64,000 bases of DNA from Eledone cirrhosa (taxonomy: Eukaryota): NCBI GenBank assembly GCA_964016885.1, contig OZ024740.1, positions 362,700,001 through 362,764,000 of the forward strand, written 5' to 3'. Position numbers and translations under genes: made by a program. Below, piece after piece: positions 1 to 15,108 of the stretch. Positions within the stretch are counted from its first letter, which is position 1. Every line of letters begins with the position of its first letter. The notes under the pieces were generated by a model that was given only the letters and a program-made list of their open reading frames with translations, was not told the DNA's origin and ran no database searches.

Positions 1-614
1 AGTTCCTGTTTCATATATGAACGAAAACATCGTCGTCAGGTGCTCTGGCCCGTAACAAAAGCAAATAACAAAAACATCAGCGAATTTGACGTGAAGTTGA
101 TGACGCCTGATTCTGTAGTTCTAAATCTGATTTTGTGCACTAAGTTTACATTTTGTGTCATAGTAAATGATAATTAAAAAGCTTAAAACACTTATAAAAT
201 GTTAAAATGCTAGAAATAGCCGTTACAAATACTTTCATACTCAGAGAATATCAAACACTGTCATCACCGCAAAGATGTGTGCAGTTCTTAACTGTTTTAA
301 TACCAAACCGCATCTATGCTACAAAACAGTTTATTTCACAGTGTTTATAGAAATCTAAAAACCCTTCATCACAATTTTATATTCCAATCATCAGATAAAT
401 AGTGAGAAAGTTAGTTATATGACTAAAACCTTCCAAATTCTGAAATATTTAAAATATCATTTGAAAGTTTTGGTAACTTTTTATAATCGATGGGAAAATT
501 TGTGTTTTTCTTGTGCTTTTTAAAATTAAACTTTTAGTGTTTTGAACGAATATGACCTTCAAAACTGCCGGAAATCATTTATTTTTAGTTTACACAGCGA
601 GAGAGTGGAAACTC

Positions 615-752
615 AGAGTCTAGATTTGAAGGTTTGATCTCAAATCCCGCCAAGGTTGACTTTGCCTTTCATCCTTACGGGGTCGATAAAATAAAAGTAC
701 CAGTAATGCACTGGGTATTTGCTGGCCTTGTGCCTAAAGTAGAAACAATTAT
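615..752 (+). mobile_element. SINE family A fragment (tRNA-derived, Deu/Nin-like central domain)
   Basis: Contains tcaaatcccgccaaggttgactttgcctttcatccttacggggtcgataaaataaaagtaccag, which recurs at about 10 sites in the window. Confidence 0.75.
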
Positions 753-1089
753 TACAATGAAAGGGTTAAAATAAACACTGAAAAACACGAACAATTAGTG
801 AAAATCTTACGCCTTGAAATATATTTTAGTCCAGCGATAAATAATTAAACTTAGCCGAATTTCTGACAATTTCAATACAAACACAGAAATAAATTGAACT
901 GAAATAAATGATGTAATTACCGGCGATATTCTAAGTATGCATTTATAAGTGACTGTGCCGAAGGGTCGGCGGAAACACTACCCTCTTCTGCCATGACAAA
1001 ATAACGCTTTGGAAATTCTGTCATAGCAACACTGTTGCTATGACAAATACCAAGGAAGATAACTCTTCAAGGGTACTCGATATTTTCAC

Positions 1090-1115
1090 AGTAGTCGTCG
1101 TAGCAGCAGCAATAA

Positions 1116-1153
<38 letters not shown>

Positions 1154-1154
1154 A

Positions 1155-1187
<33 letters not shown>

Positions 1188-1188
1188 A
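1090..1188. repeat. (GCA)n/(GTA)n trinucleotide microsatellite
   Basis: Read directly from the sequence. Confidence 0.95.
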
Positions 1189-1639
1189 GCAGGATCTTCG
1201 TCGGTTTCGACGACGTGTGTTCCAGTTGAATTGATCAACGGTACAGCCTGCTCGTGAAATTAACGTGCAAGTGACTGAGTATTTTACAGACACATATACC
1301 ATTATAGCGGCACTTGTTACCAAATATAGAGAGCCTGGGTGCTAGGATGGATGGTGGTTTTGTGGTGTTGATTCGGTTGTTGTCTGTATACTCACTTGTG
1401 AATTGCTCAGCGGTGTGCTCACTGTCGTGTGACCAGAGATTGCATGCGTGAAGGTAAGTAAGTAACAGTTTCATTATGACGATGATGATGCAAATTTAAT
1501 AAGAAAGCTTACACCCAAGACGAAGGACCTACCATCGGCGTCAGCAAAGCTGGCGATATTGCCAACCTATTTATGGTATGGTGGGAAAGGAGACTCAGAG
1601 AACGCCTAGCAGAGAACTGTATAGTCCTCATTATGTACT

Positions 1640-1817
1640 TGGCAGTATCGGTAGAGGGTCGGACGCCATGCTTTCCAGCATAGTTACGTCCCTTTACGAT
1701 CTGAGTTCAAATCCCGCCGAGGTTGACTTTGCCTTTCATCCTTACGGGGTCGATAAAATAAAGTACCAGTAATGCACTGGGTAATTGCTGGCCTTGTGCC
1801 AAAAGTAGAAACAATTA
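1640..1817 (+). mobile_element. SINE family A copy
   Basis: B-box-like gagttcaaatccc followed by the gcctttcatccttacggggtcgataaaataaagtaccag core. Confidence 0.8.
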
Positions 1818-1829
1818 TGTACTCTCAGT

Positions 1830-3310
1830 AAACGACATTAATATAGTAATAAAAACACCCCACCAGAGAGTACCAATAAACTCGAATTAGAAACTAATAC
1901 CATGGAGAGCATCCAGCAAATAGTTAATTCCATACACCAGAGCATCACAGTAACTATCGACTACCCTTCCAAATACCTTAACATTAGACTACCAGTATTA
2001 GATACTGAACTCTGGTTACATACTATAAACGAGAAAACCCAAATCCTCCACTCACATTATGCTAAACCCATGGTTTCCAAATACCTAATACACAAAAACT
2101 GAGCTATGTGAAAAAATGCTAATTTTAATATTCTGATCGCGGACTTAATAAGCATGATGAAGAATGTGTTCCGCCTGTGCGATCTAACTGAACTGGAGAC
2201 ACGTACAACACTTCATCAATTGCATGCAATTCTTTGGCTACAACCAAAGAAACAGAATCAGGGTATACAAAGAAGCCACGCAAAAATATAAGACTCTCAT
2301 AGAGATAGACATGAAAGGGATTTGCCCACTGTACAGGAGTAAATCATGGAATAGCATAGATAGGACTAGACAAAAGATAAGGAAGGCCACCTTATGGTAC
2401 GACAACCAGAGATACCAGATTGTCATGTTCGTGGATGCAACCCCTGGAGGTGAACTAGCTAACCAATTTAGAAAGGCCCTAAGAAAGACACATTTAAAGA
2501 TTAAAGTGGTAGAAAAGTCAGGAACTACCATAAAACCTCTGATCAGTAAAATTTACCCCTTAAGAAAATCCATTGTACAAATAAGAAATGTCTAATATGT
2601 AGAATACGCCCACAAATAAATTGTGAAACTAGAAATGTAGTCTATAGCATAAGATGCCTGCAAAAACATGACAACGACATGCATAAGAGATACAGACCAT
2701 ATCATAGGAGAGGGAATAGATGAACACTGGGATGAATTAAAGGACAAAAAGACAGTTCGGTACTATATATACACGCCAGACTAAGACATGATGGTAATAT
2801 AGCCAACATAGAAATTAAAATAATATCTAAACACAAGTAGACAAATTAGGGAAGCAACAGAAATAGAATTAAGAAAACCGAAGCTGAGCAGAAAACATGA
2901 ATGGAATAACAACCACACGCAAACACACAATAGTGATCTAAGATAAATATAACTAAATATACACAGATACAATAACACCACCCATACATAAATACACACT
3001 AGTGACCAAAGGTAGAATACTAACACACGAACACACACCAAACAGAAAACACGCACACAAACGCATGTGCAAACAGAGACAACAATAAGTAAATAAAATA
3101 GAATAAGAAAACATGATAGCAATACAACTGGAGGAAACATATTAATATCACTGATGATGTCACAGGTGTGTGACGAAAGAACTCTATATTTATATCTATG
3201 ACATATTTTTAACTGTTGATCAATCAATGATAAACATTGATTGCCAGCTGAATTAACTATAGAAATATAAAATACACTGAAGCGAAAACCAACCCAAACT
3301 AAACAGTGAG
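1830..3310 (+). mobile_element. Degenerate Penelope-like element (RT thumb, GIY-YIG remnant, 3' UTR with hammerhead)
   Basis: Broken ORFs RLPVLDTELW...HYAKPMVSKYLIHKN and MFVDATPGGELA...IKVVEKSGTTIK, then CETRNVVYSIRC (about 2622-2657), typical of PLE RT-linker-EN. A hammerhead lies downstream. Confidence 0.7.
3145..3204 (+). ncRNA. Type I hammerhead ribozyme (imperfect)
   Basis: atatca CTGATGA t gtcaca ggtg tgtgac GAAA ga..tc TA tgacat. Stem I has one mismatch and there is an extra U after the core. Confidence 0.55.
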
Positions 3311-4059
3311 TGTGTTTTACTATATATTTCGGTCAATATTGTAACAGTACGATCCTCCCCAAATATAACAATATTTTTTCAACACACAATTTCATATAAA
3401 AAAAGCCTTGCAAAATAAATTCATCGCCATCTATATAAAAGAGTCTAATACTAATTATATCTGCATTCGGTAGGTGGAAACTTTAACACTTCAGAAAAAT
3501 GACATCAATACTTCCCTATATTTAGAACTTTTCAGACAGTTTATATTATAAATATGAATAGACAAACATTCTAGATACAAATTCTAAAATGTTTATATAA
3601 AATTTGGAGATGCTTGGATATTTCATGAATTCTTATTAATACTAGTTATCTAGAACTGTTTCTTTCATCAATCTATTACATTTAAAACGAGACATTGGGG
3701 TTTTCATCAATGAATTTATAAGAATTTAATCACTTATAAAAAGCTAATTTTAATTTTGGTTTCTTTATATTCGAGTCAGGAACGATTTGAAAATAGAAAT
3801 ACTTCAAGGTATTAAAATTTATTCAGTTTCCTGTTTTATTCATATTCTTCGATTATTTGACAAGACATTTTCTACTCTACCTTACCTATTTGATTTGTTT
3901 ATTGTTGTAACCAATCTGTAGTTACAGAGATTCCTCTCGGGAACTACTGTTTAAGTGACATCCCACCTACAGACAATGGAATTTACCTGAATTTAAATAC
4001 AAAAAATAGTCTCATAAGAACTAAACTACCTTCGTTTAAACTTCGAATAACATGTTGAT

Positions 4060-4355
4060 ATATTGAAATTCCATCGAATCCGACGATGTATGTTCCAATT
4101 TTTCGGATAACGGAATAACCTGCTTGTGATATTAACGAACCGAACATTTCCCTTAATCGCGGGGTATTCGACGTAGCTTATTGTGTGACGAGAATAACCC
4201 TTTGAATTACACACACAACTTTTGTCTAGCTGGGTAGACATGAGCAACGTGAAATAAAGTGTCATGCTCAAGGACACCACGCGTCACCAGGAATCGAATT
4301 CACAAGCTCACGATAGTGAGCCGAAAACGTTAACCACTAAGCCACGCACGTTCAC
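4060..4355 (-). mobile_element. SINE family B copy (tRNA head plus gtgtccttgagc core)
   Basis: Reverse strand reads gtggcttagtggttaacg...gaattcgattcctggtgacgcgtggtgtccttgagcatgacactttatttcacg. Homologous to 41285-41545. Confidence 0.75.
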
Positions 4356-4359
4356 TACA

Positions 4360-4636
4360 TCTATATATTACTAAAATTCTGTGATTGCTTGCTTGATTAT
4401 CTGTAATGTAATGCGACCAAAAGGGTGTATAATGGGAAAATACTTTGAAAGGAAGTTGACTCTGAAATGGGAATACAAATGGAATAAAACAAGTTTCGAG
4501 TAAATCGGAGCACGTGTCCCCGAGCTATGGGTTATTTCCGGGTACCTTCATAAACAGAGAGAAGGGTAGAGAGAAAGAGATAGTGGTTGTGAGAGAGTAG
4601 ATTGAAAGAGAGAGAAGAGACAGATAAGGAGAATGG

Positions 4637-4683
<47 letters not shown>

Positions 4684-4838
4684 TGGTGTTGTTGTGTATA
4701 CAGATATATGTGAGTGTGCGTGTATGTATATGTGTGTGTGTGTCTATAACGAGTGTATATAGATCAGAGACACCCACACACATATATATATATATATACA
4801 CACACACAAACATATATATATATATGTATACCCCACAC

Positions 4839-4884
<46 letters not shown>

Positions 4885-5028
4885 GTATATATATGGGCCT
4901 TCCAGTTTCATTTCACATTTTATACATGTCTGTGTATATTTTTATTATTTAAACATTATTTTTAAATGAAAATGATTTTAAAAAATATTTTGAAGTGAAC
5001 GTGCACGAACGGGTCACGGGTGGTCTAG
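4360..5028 (+). mobile_element. Non-autonomous Helitron-like element
   Basis: 5' TC after A, 3' degenerate hairpin then CTAG before T. Both ends are homologous to 41735-42050 on the minus strand. Confidence 0.65.
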
Positions 5029-5082
5029 TATTATATAAATCTCTTTATTCCAAATCTTGTTGGTTCCATAACACACACACAC

Positions 5083-5168
<86 letters not shown>

Positions 5169-5312
5169 TGAACTCCAACCCCGTTCCTCCCCCGGATCCC
5201 TTCCCTGCTCCCCACTCCGCTGCCACACATACCCCCCACATCACCGCTCAAGGAATATATATTCCGGGCTCTTTATAAATAAACATATAGAGAGAAGTAC
5301 ACATAGAGATAT

Positions 5313-6135
<823 letters not shown>

Positions 6136-6704
6136 CAAACTTTCATTTGAATTGGACCTTTAACTTATATTCATTATTTTTCCTTTGTATTTCATACACT
6201 TCTCTCAATTTGGAAAGTTACCAAGACAATCCCTAGACATGAAAAAAACTTAATATCTGATGTAAAAAAAAAATACGGATCAATTAATTTATTGAACACA
6301 TGTATTAAATCAATTGAACCTAAATTCTTTTAACTGAAAATAAACATTTATTAACATGGCTTTCTACCAACACTCTACAGTTATTCAACTATTTCTTGGT
6401 TTCTAGTATAGACGTATAGACACTTGGACAAAAGAAATAGCTAATAACAACACTACAGATATTCTCTACATTGATGTAGCAGAAATATTCGATTCTCTTA
6501 AATGTTGTATTATTTTATTTATCAAAGCGAATAAAGAGACGTGTGATCTCAACAAGATAATAGATACTAAGCAGCATAAACATTATATAAAATCTAGAGC
6601 ACAGACAATAAATAGAGCATGTACAACAATTAATAACACATAGAACAGATACAGCAAATTACAATCAATTTAGAAATGTAGTCGCCACAATGCAGATATT
6701 TATA

Positions 6705-6870
6705 ATAATTGTTTCTACTTTAAGCACAAGGCCACCAATTATTCCAGCGCATTACTGGTACTTTATTTTATCGACCCCGTACGGATGAAAGGCAAAGTTA
6801 ACCTCGGCGGGATTTGAACTCAGATCGTAAAAGGCCGTAACTTTATGCTGCAAAGCAAGGTGTCCAATCC
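6705..6870 (-). mobile_element. SINE family A copy
   Basis: Reverse complement of the family A core (ctggtactttattttatcgacccc...aaggcaaagttaacctcggcgggatttgaactc). Confidence 0.8.
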
Positions 6871-8017
6871 TTAATAATTGATAACCAGACCTGTCAACAT
6901 TCCCCGTCCGACGGGGAATTTTGGGGTGGGTGAGAGATGTCTTCTCTTGTGAAAATGGTTCAAGCTTTCATTATGTAAAATCTGCCTATTTTGTCTAATT
7001 TCTCCCTGTTTTGCGACACTTTTTTTCATAGTACTCCTTATTTGAGTTTTTAGAAGTGGGCAGGTCTGATAACTATGAAGTATACAACCTTGTTGGAAAC
7101 CTACTAAACCTGCATACATCAGAGCTGTAGCTACATTATACAACTGGGATCCCTACCATTAAAATATCCAAGAAACCTCCTATGAGATACAACTTCAGAT
7201 CGTCTGATTGAACTCAAATTGAAACGTCTTGAAAATAAATGAATCATTAGTGTTTTCTCAAGGCCTGTTGTTCAGTGGTTATGGTGTTCAGCTAACATCC
7301 GTGAGTTAGGTTTCTGCCAGCATATTGTGTTGATCGAATCAACTGGAACACTCGTCGCCGAGACCGACTGAGATTAAACACACGCATCCTCGTTTATAAC
7401 TTTTATCTTCTTCAGCTTCTACTCCGCCTTCTTGTGTATTACTCGGCTCCATTCAATAGCCAATAATTTTTGTTCAAGTATTACAAATCCTATCTAAACT
7501 AGACAGCGTTTGATCAATGTCTACTTGAACCCTTCTAAGACACGGTAAGGTGTGATGATTTACACGCGCACCTCCCCCCTCCACATATATATATCCATAA
7601 GAGACTATGATTTACCAATGGATGACTTCCTTAACACTTTGTTGTCATCATAGCAACAGTTGCTATGTGATCATTAATCAACTAAACTTCCTCACACGTA
7701 ACTCAAAATATAAACAAAATAACAACAAAACAGCAACAAACTCAAAATATTAGAAAGAAACATACCATCCCAAATAACATATATATCAATATCTTGTTCT
7801 TAATTGTGATATTGTTTAGTTTTTTCTTATATTTCTTCTTTTAAAGTGGAAGTGCCCTCTCAAATCACGTTCGCCATCTTGAATACTGAACAATTGACGT
7901 TCAGCCACTTCTACTACAATCGATTATGTTTCACACTAATGTCATACATTATTCAGCACTTCCTTCTTTCTTTTCCCTATTGCTTAGCATTCTCCCTATT
8001 ATTTTCCTTCTCCATTG

Positions 8018-8910
8018 GCAGAGTAATTAAAGCGTCGGACAAAACGCCTTACGGTATTTAGTTCTGGCTCTTTACATTCTGAGTTCAAATCCCACTGAGG
8101 TCAACTTTGTCCTTCATAAAATAAAATACCAGTCAAGTACAGAATCGTTAGAATCGGACAAAATACATTACGGTCCTTTACGTTCCGAGTTCCAGTCCCA
8201 CCGAGGTCAACATTGCCTTTCATCCTTCCGAGAGTCAATAAAACAAAGTATCTGTCGAGTACTTGTCTCGACTCAATTGACTTTCTCCTACATCAAACTG
8301 CTAGTATTATGCCTAAATTAAAAAGTAATGTTAAAGGGCCCTTAACTCTTGGTGGAGTCGTAGTGACACCATCCTGTCACATGGCGTTTCTAGGTTATTT
8401 TACACTGAGAAAGCTTATCGACAGCTGATATTTTTCAAACGAGAGAAAGGAAGAAAGAGAGAGAGATAGAGGGGGAGGGGATCAACCTCAGTACTCGACT
8501 GGTACAATATTTTTCGGCCTCAAAAGGATGAAAGGCAAAGTTAATTTCAGTGGAATTTGAACTCAGAGCGCAGTGAGCCAGAACAAATACCGTGTCATTT
8601 GCAATTTGATGTCCTGATCACTTACAATTATGCCTAAATTAGAAACCAAAAAAAAAAACAAAAAAACCCTCACACATAATGGAAAATAAAACAAGAAAAA
8701 ATCCAAGTCATCAACAATAATAGTTTCTTATATAGGCAGAAGGCCAGCAATTTTTTGGGGGAGGAAAAAGTCGATTAAATCGACCCCAGTGCGTGACTGG
8801 TACTTTATTTCATCGACCCCGACAGGATGAAAGGCAAAGTTAACCTCGGCGGGATTTGAACTCAGATAATAAAGGGCCGTAACTCTATGCTGCAAACATG
8901 GTATTCGACC
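8018..8910. mobile_element. Cluster of four SINE family A copies (two plus, two minus)
   Basis: Family A core at about 8080 and 8190 (+) and about 8490-8570 and 8795-8865 (-). Confidence 0.7.
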
Positions 8911-9038
8911 CAAGTCCATTCAGCGGGCAAAAATAAGTTGTGCTAAAATTCAAAGGACCACCTTTGCTTCTTACTATGCTATTCTGAATCTTCCAGGGAA
9001 TTGCGTTAGGCGTCTGTGGAATATTCAACCCCTTAGAC

Positions 9039-9304
9039 CAGACATGGGCAACCTTTTTCGAAAAGCGGGCCGCATGAGATATGGCTCATCATCAGGCGGG
9101 CCACAAGCACTAATTTACATTCGTAACTCAGGTTGTTTTGATTTGTTTCTTCAGAATTCGTACACGTTGTTTTCCCCGATCGTAAAATGATAAGAAGATA
9201 AATTACGACTGAAAAATTGGGGTAAAAAAATCAGAAAGATTTCACTTAGGTGACTTAGGCGAGCATTTCAGAAAGCTTCGCGAACCGCAGGTTGCCCATG
9301 ACTG
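9039..9304. mobile_element. Non-autonomous hAT-type MITE
   Basis: TIRs cagacatgggcaacct / aggttgcccatgactg. Perfect 8-bp TSD ccttagac at 9031-9038 and 9305-9312. Confidence 0.85.
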
Positions 9305-9834
9305 CCTTAGACTATATTAGAAGATGGATTATACTTGTAATTCAAAGAACAGCCTTCACACACACTGCTTCAAACTGAATTTTCATAAGAACTACGTTAT
9401 GGGTACACGAGTCTGTAGAATACTCAGCCACTTACACGTTAATTTTATGAGCAGGCTGTTCCGTTGTTCAAACAACTGGAACACTCGTCGTTGAAATCGA
9501 CGGAGATCCATCAACAAAAACAACAATCATGTCACAATTATTGATACATGTCAGAGGCAAAGTTAATTAAACTGGTTCTATTGTTAAGCTGAAAGAGTAT
9601 TGTTTAGTTCTATTGGTTCTATTGGACCAGCCATGGCTATGGCATCTGTTTTCAGACAGTGTATATAAGACGATATTCTTCAACGTGGCCTTCTATTCAT
9701 TTTTAATAGATAGAAAGGTATGTTTTAAGGGAGATTTTGTTTTCATTTCTAATAGAAGGCGTGACAGTGTAGACTTGATTATTGATTGTTTTGGAGCACA
9801 ATTCTTCAAAACTTACCTATAGCAGAGGATGGTG

Positions 9835-10030
9835 GTTTGGCAGTATCAGAAGACATGCTTCGTAACATAGAATTACGGCTTTTACATTCTGAGTTCAAAC
9901 CCGCGAGGCTAGCTTTGCCTTTCATCCTTCTGGGGTCGATAGAGTAAAGTAGCAGTAACGTACTGGAGTCGATTTAATCAACTTTGCCCTCCGCCAAATA
10001 CTGTTGGCTTTGTGTCTAAATCAGAAACCA
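9835..10030 (+). mobile_element. SINE family A copy
   Basis: gagttcaaacccgcgagg...gcctttcatccttctggggtcgatag core. Confidence 0.7.
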
Positions 10031-10094
10031 TATTGGCATAGCAGCTTAACGAAAATTTGGTGATAAAAAACAATTTGAATTCTATCACACTTGG

Positions 10095-10285
10095 ATCATT
10101 GGATCAATCAGGCTATCAGATGTCCTTATACATCGCTGGTCACAATGGATTGACCAGACTACCAGATGTCCTTATACGTCACTGGTCACAATGGATTGAC
10201 CAGGCTATCAGATGTCCTTATACATCGCTGGTCACAATGGATTGACCAGACGATAAGTTATCCTTACACATTGTTGGTCACAATA
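10095..10285. repeat. 46-bp minisatellite, about 4 copies
   Basis: cacaatggattgaccag recurs at 10141, 10187 and 10233. Confidence 0.9.
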
Positions 10286-10329
10286 CGCTTGTTTTCCCGT
10301 CATTGCACTCTTCTTTTTCATTTTTACCC

Positions 10330-10640
10330 GATTCATTTGACTGTTGAATTCCCATCGTCTTGAAAATCTTTCGACTCTTGGATACGACTCGACCACTGCA
10401 TGGATCTATCTTTTATCTGTGAATCTTGTAAAATGTCCGACACAGCGGAAGTCTTCTGGGTGGTCTTTTCCGTTCTCTTGGACACCACACAAAAGCTGCA
10501 CGTGTCTTCTAGTTGTCTGTGAACCTTGAGATAGGCGTGGCCCAACAGAATTTGTGCCTTCAAATTCTGTGATCCCATCGCCCACTCCGCTTCGTTCTCG
10601 AATTTCCTAGACCCGGGGTCATATTCGAAACGAGGAAATT
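10330..10640 (-). mobile_element. Degenerate RTE-clade LINE C-terminal fragment
   Basis: An alternative minus frame reads KFCWATPISRFTDN*KTRAAFVWCPRERKRPPRRLP, resembling the RTE W-GH..R..D.R......W.P...KR..GRP motif. Confidence 0.5.
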
Positions 10641-11959
10641 CGATCATAGTTTTCTTTTTTTTTTTTTTTTTTTTAAACATTTTGGTGGTCTTTCTTGACT
10701 CACAACTCAACAGTCAATTAGGGTGCAACAAAATACTTCAAGAAAGTGAAATATGAAGTTACTTTAACTTCAGGCTGATACGGAAGAGTAAAGAATCTTG
10801 CAGACACCAGATTTTAATAGATTTCATCCATTAGGTTAGCTGTACTTCATAAATATCTGTATGAGTGAAAATGACAATATTTCTTACATATATCCATTAA
10901 ACCTCAACAATCCAACGATGGTCAACCGCAGGTTCTATGTGAATTGAGCATTTATGAGAAATAATAATGCTAAAGACAAATATATAATTTAGTAAAACAG
11001 TTATCTAAAAGTCGATAACATTTATATATACATTATCTTTGTTCTTAGATATCATTTCGCTAGACAGATAACCTACGAGACCCTAATTATATTTAGCAAA
11101 TAGAACCATCTGCCAGTAATGTAGTGTAAGAAAAATAACAACAATAAAATACACGCGTAGCTATTTATTCTGGGCATTTCTTTGCCATAACTACGGAATA
11201 TATACATAAAATCAAGCGACAAAGAAGAAATGTGTTGATTGAATAGAGATTTAACAATCACTGCTGTATGAAGCAGACCAGATTAAACGGATTCACTGAA
11301 GTGGGAGAAGGTCAAGTGATAATGGTGATTTACTTATCATAGGTATAGAATTGATGGGCCTCCGTTGGTTTCAATGATGACTGTTCCAGTTGTTCGATCA
11401 ACGGAACTCCCTACTAATGAAATTAGTGTGAAAGTGACTGCGCATTCCATAGACACATGTCCAGTTAATGTACTCTCAGGTCCCAAATAATAGCTGGTAG
11501 GTCGGACATTTGCTTAAATTCTTATAAGAGTGTGTGTGTATGTGGGGGTGTTAAACGAGGGAGGGAATCGATAATTGTATAGTGTACGTTCGTATATATG
11601 TATTATTACATTCTCCAGCTGCTGTATCAACATGAATCACTTACAATACAATTTCGTCGGTGATAGATTAGCAAAATTTAATAAGCGGTGGGGAGAGGTT
11701 GGAAAAAAATCTGTAAATTTAATAAGCGTGGTGGGTGGGGTGGGGAGGGGAGGGCCATTATTCAAGGCCTGAGAGTAATCCTCAACGAGATTCTGCGTTA
11801 CACTGTGTGACAAAACACGCCTCTTGAATTACAGGTTTAATCCATTTGACGGGCTTCCAAACAGTTTCCATCTCTCTAATGTGATTCACAAGGTAGACCC
11901 AAGACTATGCTAAATGAGACTTTCCTAAATTGTCACGCAATTTGTAAATTTGTCTGTAA

Positions 11960-12450
11960 AGGCGCATGGATCAGTGATTAAGATTTAGTCTAACGGTCGT
12001 TGTGTCCTTGAGCTAGCCACTTTATTTCACATTGTTCCAGTCCAATCAATTGGCAAAAATTGAATTGTACCTCTAATTCTAAGAGCCAGCATTGATACCC
12101 ACTTTGTTATGCATAATCTTCCCGAGAACAACGTGAAGGGTGTACACGTATGTGGAATGTTAAGCCACTTGCACGTTAGTTTCATGAGCAGTCTGTTTCG
12201 TTGTTCAAACAACTGGTACACGCATCGTAAGAACCGACAGAGGTCCGATACAAACTATATAATTGTTTCTACTTTTGGCACAAGGTCAGCAATAACCCAA
12301 TGTATTACTGGTACTTTACTTTACCGACCTCGTAAGGATGAAAAGCAAAGTTAACCCCGGCGGGATTTGAACTCAGAAGGGAAAGGGCCGTAACTCTATG
12401 CGTCAAAGCATGGCGTCCGACCCTCTGCCGATACTGCCAATCCACCGCCC
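11960..12450. mobile_element. SINE family B (+) abutting SINE family A (-)
   Basis: gtgtccttgagc...gccacttgcacgttagtttcatgagc at 12002-12190. Family A reverse core at 12300-12380. Confidence 0.7.
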
Positions 12451-12486
12451 ACAGACTATATAATATTACCAGAATTACACTGCCAT

Positions 12487-14535
12487 GCCACTACCATCCC
12501 ACTACCATCCCACTACCATCCCACTACCATCCCACTCCCATCACCACTCCCATCCCACTCTCATCCCACTACCATCACCGCTCTCATCCCAACTACCATC
12601 CCACTACCATCCCACTACCATCACCACTACCATCCCACTACCATCCCACTACCATCCCACTACCATCACCACTACCATCCCACTCTCATCCCACTACCAT
12701 CACCGCTCTCATCCCAACTACCATCCCACTACCATCACCACTCCCATCCCACTCCCATCACCAGTACCATCCCACTCCCATCACCACTACCATCCCACTC
12801 TCATCCCACTACCATCCCACTCCCATCCCAACTACCATCCCACTCCCATCACCACTACCATCCCACTACCATCCCACTCCCATCACCACTACCACCCCAC
12901 TACCATCCCACTCCCATCACCACTACCATCCCACTCCCATAACCACTCCCATAACCACTCCCATCCCACTCCCATCACCACTCCCATCACCACTACCATC
13001 CCACTCCCATCCCAACTACCATCCCACTCCCATCACCACTACCATCCCACTCCCATCACCACTCCCATCACCACTCCCATCACCACTACCATCCCACTCT
13101 CATCCCACTACCATCCCACTCCCATCCCAACTACCATCCCACTCCCATCACCACTACCATCCCACTACCATCCCACTCCCATCACCACTACCACCCCACT
13201 ACCATCCCACTCCCATCACCACTACCACCCCACTCCCATAACCACTCCCATAACCACTCCCATCCCACTCCCATCACCACTCCCATCACCACTCCCATCC
13301 CAACTACCATCCCAACTACCATCACCACTCCCATCACCACTACCATCCCACTCCCATCACCACTCCCATCACCACTCCCATCACCACTCCCATCACCACT
13401 ACCATCCCACTCCCATCACCACTCCCATCACCACTCCCATCACCACTACCATCCCACTCCCATCACCACTCCCATCACCACTCCCATCACCACTCCCATC
13501 ACCACTCTCATCACCACTACCATCACCACTACCATCCCACTCCCATCACCACTACCATCCCACTCCCATCACCACTCCCATCACCACTACCATCCCACTC
13601 CCATCCCAACTACCATCCCACTCCCATCACCACTCCCATCACCACTACCATCCCACTCCCATCACCACTCCCATCACCACTACCATCCCACTCCCATCAC
13701 CACTCCCATCACCACTACCATCCCACTCCCATCACCACTCCCATCACCACTCCCATCACCACTCCCATCACCACTCTCATCACCACTCCCATCACCACTA
13801 CCATCCCACTCCCATCACCACTCCCATCACCACTCCCATCACCACTCCCATCACCACTCCCATCACCACTCTCATCACCACTACCATCACCACTACCATC
13901 CCACTCCCATCACCACTCCCATCACCACTCCCATCCCACTCCCATCACCACTACCATCCCACTCCCATCACCACTCCCATCACCACTACCATCCCACTCC
14001 CATCACCACTACCATCCCACTCCCATCACCACTCCCATCACCACTACCATCCCACTCCCATCCCAACTACCATCCCACTCCCATCACCACTCCCATCACC
14101 ACTACCATCCCACTCCCATCACCACTCCCATCACCACTACCATCCCACTCCCATCACCACTCCCATCACCACTACCATCCCACTCCCATCACCACTCCCA
14201 TCACCACTCCCATCACCACTCCCATCACCACTCTCATCACCACTCCCATCACCACTACCATCCCACTCCCATCACCACTCCCATCACCACTCCCATCACC
14301 ACTCCCATCACCACTCCCATCACCACTACCATCACCACTACCATCCCACTCCCATCACCACTACCATCACCACTCCCATCACCACTCCCATCACCACTCC
14401 CATCACCACTCCCATCACCACTCCCATCACCACTCCCATCACCACTCCCATCACCACTCCCATCACCACTCCCATCACCACTCCCATCACCACTCCCATC
14501 ACCACTCCCATCACCACTACTATCACCACTACCAT
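12487..14535. repeat. ~2-kb minisatellite of 11/12-mers (CCATCCCACTA/C and CCATCACCACTC/A)
   Basis: Read directly. The + strand is almost G-free and the array homogenises to a pure 12-mer at its right end. Confidence 0.95.
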
Positions 14536-14719
14536 CGTGATATGAGAACGCCAATATCTAATGTTATCACAGATAAGACAGACATGAAACGAAGTCAATA
14601 GACATAAATATGTGACGTTCATATATAAACACACAGGCGTGTATATGTGTGTGTAGAAGTCGGCGCTCAGTCACACATACATATACATACATGCATGCAT
14701 ATATATATATATATATACG

Positions 14720-14783
<64 letters not shown>

Positions 14784-15065
14784 TATATATATATAAACGG
14801 AAAAAATGAAACGAAATTTTATTTCCCACTCTTAGTACGGCTGTTACTTAAATATAAGTATGTACACGTACATACATATATGTATACAGACATACAGTAG
14901 TATGTATATATATATACATACATGCACACATATATATATATATATGTACGTATGGATTCACCGAACATTTATTATAATGCTCGGTGTGTTTGTAAACAAA
15001 CATCCCGTATTAAGCCGTAGTGTCTAGCAACCATCGTTGCTCGTTTGTTCAACACTGACAAAGGA

Positions 15066-15108
15066 ACGCTGTACTAGTTTCAAGCTTATTAGCTATCGTC
15101 AGCAACGT
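15066..15108 (-). ncRNA. Minimal type I hammerhead ribozyme
   Basis: Reverse complement of the 15585-15627 motif. Confidence 0.85.

Noticed and set aside
1-45. Minus-strand CTGACGA...GAAA at the window edge
   Set aside because: Stem II does not close properly, and stems I and III run off the window, so it cannot be evaluated.
6871-7240. 90-aa ORF, possible transposon fragment
   Set aside because: No diagnostic motif could be identified by eye.
10095-10285. Regularly spaced repeats resembling a CRISPR array
   Set aside because: The units are contiguous with no unique spacers, the context is eukaryotic, and there are no cas genes.
12485-14545. 686-aa Pro/His/Thr/Ser-rich ORF
   Set aside because: It is the translation of a minisatellite lacking stop codons. 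The frame drifts with the 11/12-mer units and there is no unique coding sequence.
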